This document shows positions 24,116-27,740 of a DNA stretch of 27,740 nucleotides, one piece after another. Source of the stretch: Bacteroidota bacterium (GTDB taxonomy: Bacteria; Bacteroidota; Bacteroidia; Flavobacteriales_D; Crocinitomicaceae); the NCBI GenBank assembly GCA_024280195.1, contig JAJRQP010000309.1, positions 1 to 27,740 of the forward strand, in the 5' to 3' direction. How positions within the stretch are numbered: position 1 is the stretch's first letter; each line of letters starts with the position of its first letter. Under the pieces are notes generated by a model, which saw only the letters and a program-made list of their open reading frames with translations, was not told where the DNA came from and did not search any database. Position numbers and translations under genes: made by a program.

Positions 24116-24318
24116 GTGTTTTCTCAATGAATAGAGCGTTAAAGGAGGTTAAAAAAAATCGGAAGGAGCAATTTTTTTATGTTGTTTTGCTAATTACATT
24201 TTACATTGAGCATTTAATATTTTACATTTTTTGAAATCTTCCATTCTCTACATCCGAACATAAACAAATCATTCCTATATTTACACAACATCTTTAAAAT
24301 TCAATTTTCAATAATTAA

Positions 24319-27273
24319 ATGAAGCAAATTTTCTCCAAAAAGTTATTCCTGATTCTTCCAATAATCGCGTTGCTGTTTTTTGTGGTTTTTAGTCAAGAAA
24401 ATATGCCGTTTACTAATTTTGTGAATGCAAAAAAGGAACTTGTAGAAGTTGAAAAACAGCATCCTTCTGCTGGAGAAACATGGGCAGATAAGAAATTATC
24501 ATCTCTTTCTTTGCGTCAAAAAGTAGGACAGTTTTTTATGATTGCTTCGTCTTCTAACAAAGGAGAAACGCATTTTAAAGAAATTGATTCATTGATTGAG
24601 AACGATGAAGTAGGAGGAGTGATTTTCTTTCAAGGACAACGTTCTAACTTGTCGACCTGCATTGATAGGTATCAAAAGAAAAGTACAATTCCTCTCTTGA
24701 TTGCAATGGATGCAGAATGGGGAGCAAGTATGCGCTTGTTTGGAGAAGATAGATTTCCGTACAACTATACTTTGGGAGCAGCCAATAATCCGAAATTAAC
24801 AGAGAGAATTGCAGAAATGATGGGGGAAGAATGCAGAGAATTAGGCATTCATTTCAATTTTGCTCCCGTTGCAGATGTCAATAGTAACCCTAATAATCCA
24901 GTGATTGGTTTTCGATCTTATGGAGAATATCCGAAAGATGTTGCGGCGCACGTTACCGCAACGGTGAAAGGTTTGGAAAAACAAGGAGTAATGTCAAGTA
25001 TCAAACATTTCCCAGGACATGGCGATACAGATATTGATTCTCACAAAGATTTGCCGATTGTGAATAATTCTTACAACCACATCAATGCAATTGATTTCTT
25101 CCCGTTTCGTGCCGGAATTACTGCCGGTGCATCTTCTGTGATGATTGGTCACTTGAACGTACCTGCTTTGGATGATACCGGAACACCGAGTAGTTTGTCT
25201 GCTCCAACGATACAAGATTATTTAAAGGGAGAATTAGGGTTCAAAGGGTTAGTGGTCAGTGATGCTTTAAGGATGAAAGCAGTTGCAGACAGATATGGTG
25301 CGGTAGATGCTGTAGTGAAAAGCTTTGAAGCAGGTTGCGATATTCTTCTGTTGCCAGAAAGTGTTGGGGAAGCAATTGATGCGATTGTGGCAAAGGTGAA
25401 TGCAGGAGAAATTAGTTTAGAGGAAATTAATGCAAGATGTAAGAAAGTTCTGCAAGCAAAACACAAGGCAATCATTGCACCTAAAAAGTTTCGTTCGTAT
25501 TCTCAAGGTCAAGTTGAACTGGCTAAAAAATTAATCTACGAACAGGCAATCACCGTTTTGAAGAATAAAGAGGATGTATTGCCAATCAAACGCTTTGACC
25601 AGAAAATTGCACATGTTGCAATCGGTTTGCATAATGCTCCAATGAATTCGTCCATGGATTTAGTAGCAAAAGTGGATCATTTTCATTTCTTCACGGGAGA
25701 AGAGGCTCTGCGAAGAATGGGAGGTAAATTGCAAAACTACGATGTGATTATTACAAGTATTCATGCAAAACGCGTTTCAAAACGAGGGGATTACGGCATG
25801 CCAAAAGGATGGGACTCTTGGTTGACACAGCTTCCTTCTGCAAAAAAGAATATCTTTTCACTGATGGGTAATCCATACGTTTTAAAGGATGCAAATTTGG
25901 AGAATGTCGATGCATTGGTGATTGGTTATGAAAATAATAAATGGGCAAACGATAGAATGGGACAATTTCTAATGGGTACTTATGCTTCCAAAGGAAAATT
26001 ACCTGTCACAGTTAACTCTAACTATAAAAGAGGACAGGGCATTGAGGTTGAGTCGGGTGAAAGATTGAAAGAATCGCAACCTGAAGAGTTAGGAATTAGT
26101 CCAAAGAAATTGGCTCAAATTGACAGCATTGTGATGAAAGGTATTCGAGCAAAGGCTTTTCCAGGTTGTCAAATAGTGGTTGCCGTTAAAGGAAAAGTGA
26201 TTTACAGAAAGTCGTTTGGAAATCATACTTATTCTCCAGATAGACCTGTGTTGAATGATGATGTGTACGACATTGCATCAATCACAAAAATTGCTGCATC
26301 TACCTTGTCTTTAATGCATTACAACAGTGAAGAAGAGTTGAACTTGAACCAACGATTGCGCGATTTTTTACCGGAATTAACACAGGGAACACCTTATGCA
26401 TCAATGCAATTACGCAAGATGTTATCGCATCAAGCAGGTCTTAAACCGTGGATTCCATTCTATGTAAAGACGTTGAAAGATAACAAACCAAACCCTGAAA
26501 TTTACGCAAAAGACTCTAGTGAATTGTTTAATCAACGGGTCGCAAAAGATTTGTGGATATTGGGTTCTTATACGAATAAGATTTATGATTCTATTCTACA
26601 CACACCTTTGTTGCGTTCAAAAAAATACAAGTATTCTGATCTGGGCTATTATTTCATGAAGAAAATCATTGAGAAAAAATCAGGTAAAACATTAGATGAT
26701 TTTGTGACACAGCAATTCTATCAACCAATGGGGTTGAAGTATTTACGTTACCATCCAACGCGTCATTTTCCTTTGAGTAAGATTATGCCAACAGAAAATG
26801 ATTTGATTTTTAGAAAGACATTGATTCACGGCTATGTTCACGATCAAGGTGCATCTATGATGGGGGGAGTTGGAGGTCACGCTGGTTTGTTTTCCAACGC
26901 ATTAGATTTGGCGAAGTTGATGCAAATGTATCTAAACAACGGAAGTTACGGAGGTGTTCAATACATCAAACCACAAGTCATTGAAGAATATACCGATTGT
27001 CAATTTTGCCCAAAGAATAGGAGAGGAGCTGGTTTTGATAAACCAACAAGAAATCTGAACGGAGGTCCAACTTGCAACCTTGTTTCATTAAAAAGTTTTG
27101 GTCATTCTGGTTTCACAGGAACCATTGTTTGGGCAGATCCAGTGAAAGAAATAAACTATGTGTTCTTATCCAATCGTGTTTATCCTGATGCGGAGAATTG
27201 GAAATTGGTGAGAATGAACATTCGTACTGATATTCAACGAGTGATTTATGAAGCTGTAAATTCTGCGAAGTAA
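24319..27273 (+). CDS. GH3 beta-N-acetylglucosaminidase (NagZ-type) fused to a beta-lactamase-fold serine hydrolase
   Basis: GH3: AMDAEWG, FAPVADVN, KHFPGHGDTDIDSH, VVSDAL. C-terminal domain: ASITK (SxxK), YSDLGY, GHSGFTG. N-terminal TM/signal segment. Confidence 0.92.
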   Translation: MKQIFSKKLFLILPIIALLFFVVFSQENMPFTNFVNAKKELVEVEKQHPSAGETWADKKLSSLSLRQKVGQFFMIASSSNKGETHFKEIDSLIENDEVGGVIFFQGQRSNLSTCIDRYQKKSTIPLLIAMDAEWGASMRLFGEDRFPYNYTLGAANNPKLTERIAEMMGEECRELGIHFNFAPVADVNSNPNNPVIGFRSYGEYPKDVAAHVTATVKGLEKQGVMSSIKHFPGHGDTDIDSHKDLPIVNNSYNHINAIDFFPFRAGITAGASSVMIGHLNVPALDDTGTPSSLSAPTIQDYLKGELGFKGLVVSDALRMKAVADRYGAVDAVVKSFEAGCDILLLPESVGEAIDAIVAKVNAGEISLEEINARCKKVLQAKHKAIIAPKKFRSYSQGQVELAKKLIYEQAITVLKNKEDVLPIKRFDQKIAHVAIGLHNAPMNSSMDLVAKVDHFHFFTGEEALRRMGGKLQNYDVIITSIHAKRVSKRGDYGMPKGWDSWLTQLPSAKKNIFSLMGNPYVLKDANLENVDALVIGYENNKWANDRMGQFLMGTYASKGKLPVTVNSNYKRGQGIEVESGERLKESQPEELGISPKKLAQIDSIVMKGIRAKAFPGCQIVVAVKGKVIYRKSFGNHTYSPDRPVLNDDVYDIASITKIAASTLSLMHYNSEEELNLNQRLRDFLPELTQGTPYASMQLRKMLSHQAGLKPWIPFYVKTLKDNKPNPEIYAKDSSELFNQRVAKDLWILGSYTNKIYDSILHTPLLRSKKYKYSDLGYYFMKKIIEKKSGKTLDDFVTQQFYQPMGLKYLRYHPTRHFPLSKIMPTENDLIFRKTLIHGYVHDQGASMMGGVGGHAGLFSNALDLAKLMQMYLNNGSYGGVQYIKPQVIEEYTDCQFCPKNRRGAGFDKPTRNLNGGPTCNLVSLKSFGHSGFTGTIVWADPVKEINYVFLSNRVYPDAENWKLVRMNIRTDIQRVIYEAVNSAK

Positions 27274-27274
27274 A

Positions 27275-27740
27275 ATGAAAAAGCAACACTTGTTTTTTCT
27301 TTCAGGTGCATTATTGATACTAACTGCCTTTGTTTTTGTTCAATTTCTGAGCTTTCATGAAGTTCGAGTAGATGCTTCCGGTTGGAAAATAAGAGACCCA
27401 CTTTTTGAGCTGTTACCGCAGAAAAATTATTCGTTGCTCATTTTTTCAATCACCTATGGTTCTTTATTATTGTACTTTCTTTTAGCAAGAAAACATGTAT
27501 TGTTTCTTAGTAAAATAATGATAGCATATACTTTATTGTTGCTGTTTAGACTGCTGACATTGAGCGTGATACCTCTATCTACTCCAGAGGATATCATTTA
27601 TTTACAAGATCCTTTTTTAAATAACCTCATCTATTCTGGAGAGATTGATTCAGACTTGTTTTTTAGTGGGCACACGGCATTGATTCTCCTATTTTTCTTT
27701 CTGACCAAGAAGTGGATTTTTGCTTTTTTAGCCTTCCTAA
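27275..27740 (+). CDS. PAP2-superfamily / sphingomyelin-synthase-like membrane protein, 3'-truncated
   Basis: Not in the ORF track because it has no stop in the window. My translation: MKKQHLFFLSGALL...IRDPLFELLP...FRLLTLSVIPL...DPFL...DSDLFFSGHTALILL. The DLFFSGHT motif is diagnostic; it starts 1 nt after the GH3 stop. Confidence 0.8.
   Translation, partial: MKKQHLFFLSGALLILTAFVFVQFLSFHEVRVDASGWKIRDPLFELLPQKNYSLLIFSITYGSLLLYFLLARKHVLFLSKIMIAYTLLLLFRLLTLSVIPLSTPEDIIYLQDPFLNNLIYSGEIDSDLFFSGHTALILLFFFLTKKWIFAFLAFL

Noticed and set aside
272-25948. Remaining short antisense or out-of-frame ORFs in the track (60-155 aa) nested in larger genes
   Set aside because: All lie within well-supported CDSs and show no recognisable motifs.
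26100-27273. Class C beta-lactamase resistance gene
   Set aside because: It is a domain fused to a GH3 NagZ; the SxxK fold alone does not imply beta-lactam hydrolysis.

Overview
A 27.7 kb, AT-rich stretch of core chromosome from a Bacteroidota bacterium, most likely Flavobacteriales. Evidence for that assignment: a T9SS C-terminal sorting domain, TAnnTTTG -7 promoter boxes, A-rich translation starts without Shine-Dalgarno, and the mutL-rhomboid-rhomboid-EEP cluster. It holds about 22 CDSs: a 5'-truncated DEAD-box helicase, typA, a T9SS cargo protein, MMPL + nhaC, ffh, an M50 protease + Smr protein, and a long minus-strand run (hypothetical, mutL, two rhomboids, EEP, YciO/TsaC-like, stand-alone GATase, SpmAB, a 25-aa-repeat protein, GT2, PHP hydrolase, ArnT/GT39). 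It ends with a GH3 NagZ/beta-lactamase-fold fusion and a 3'-truncated PAP2/sphingomyelin-synthase-like gene. I see no rRNA, tRNA, transposase, integrase, cas gene or true CRISPR. The unexplained structure is mostly non-coding: many intergenic gaps carry short repeat modules (7-mer, 8-mer and 10-mer tandem arrays, REP-like palindromes, a 22-bp purine/pyrimidine hairpin), and the 7-9-mer arms follow a consistent strand polarity. The most structured is an 18-bp repeat x3 with 20-21-bp spacers at 18310-18404. Other leads are a 22-codon lipobox sORF, a GT2-PHP-ArnT module, a four-fold 25-aa repeat protein, and a MutL whose endonuclease motif looks degenerate. All family calls come from motif recognition only; no database search was run.
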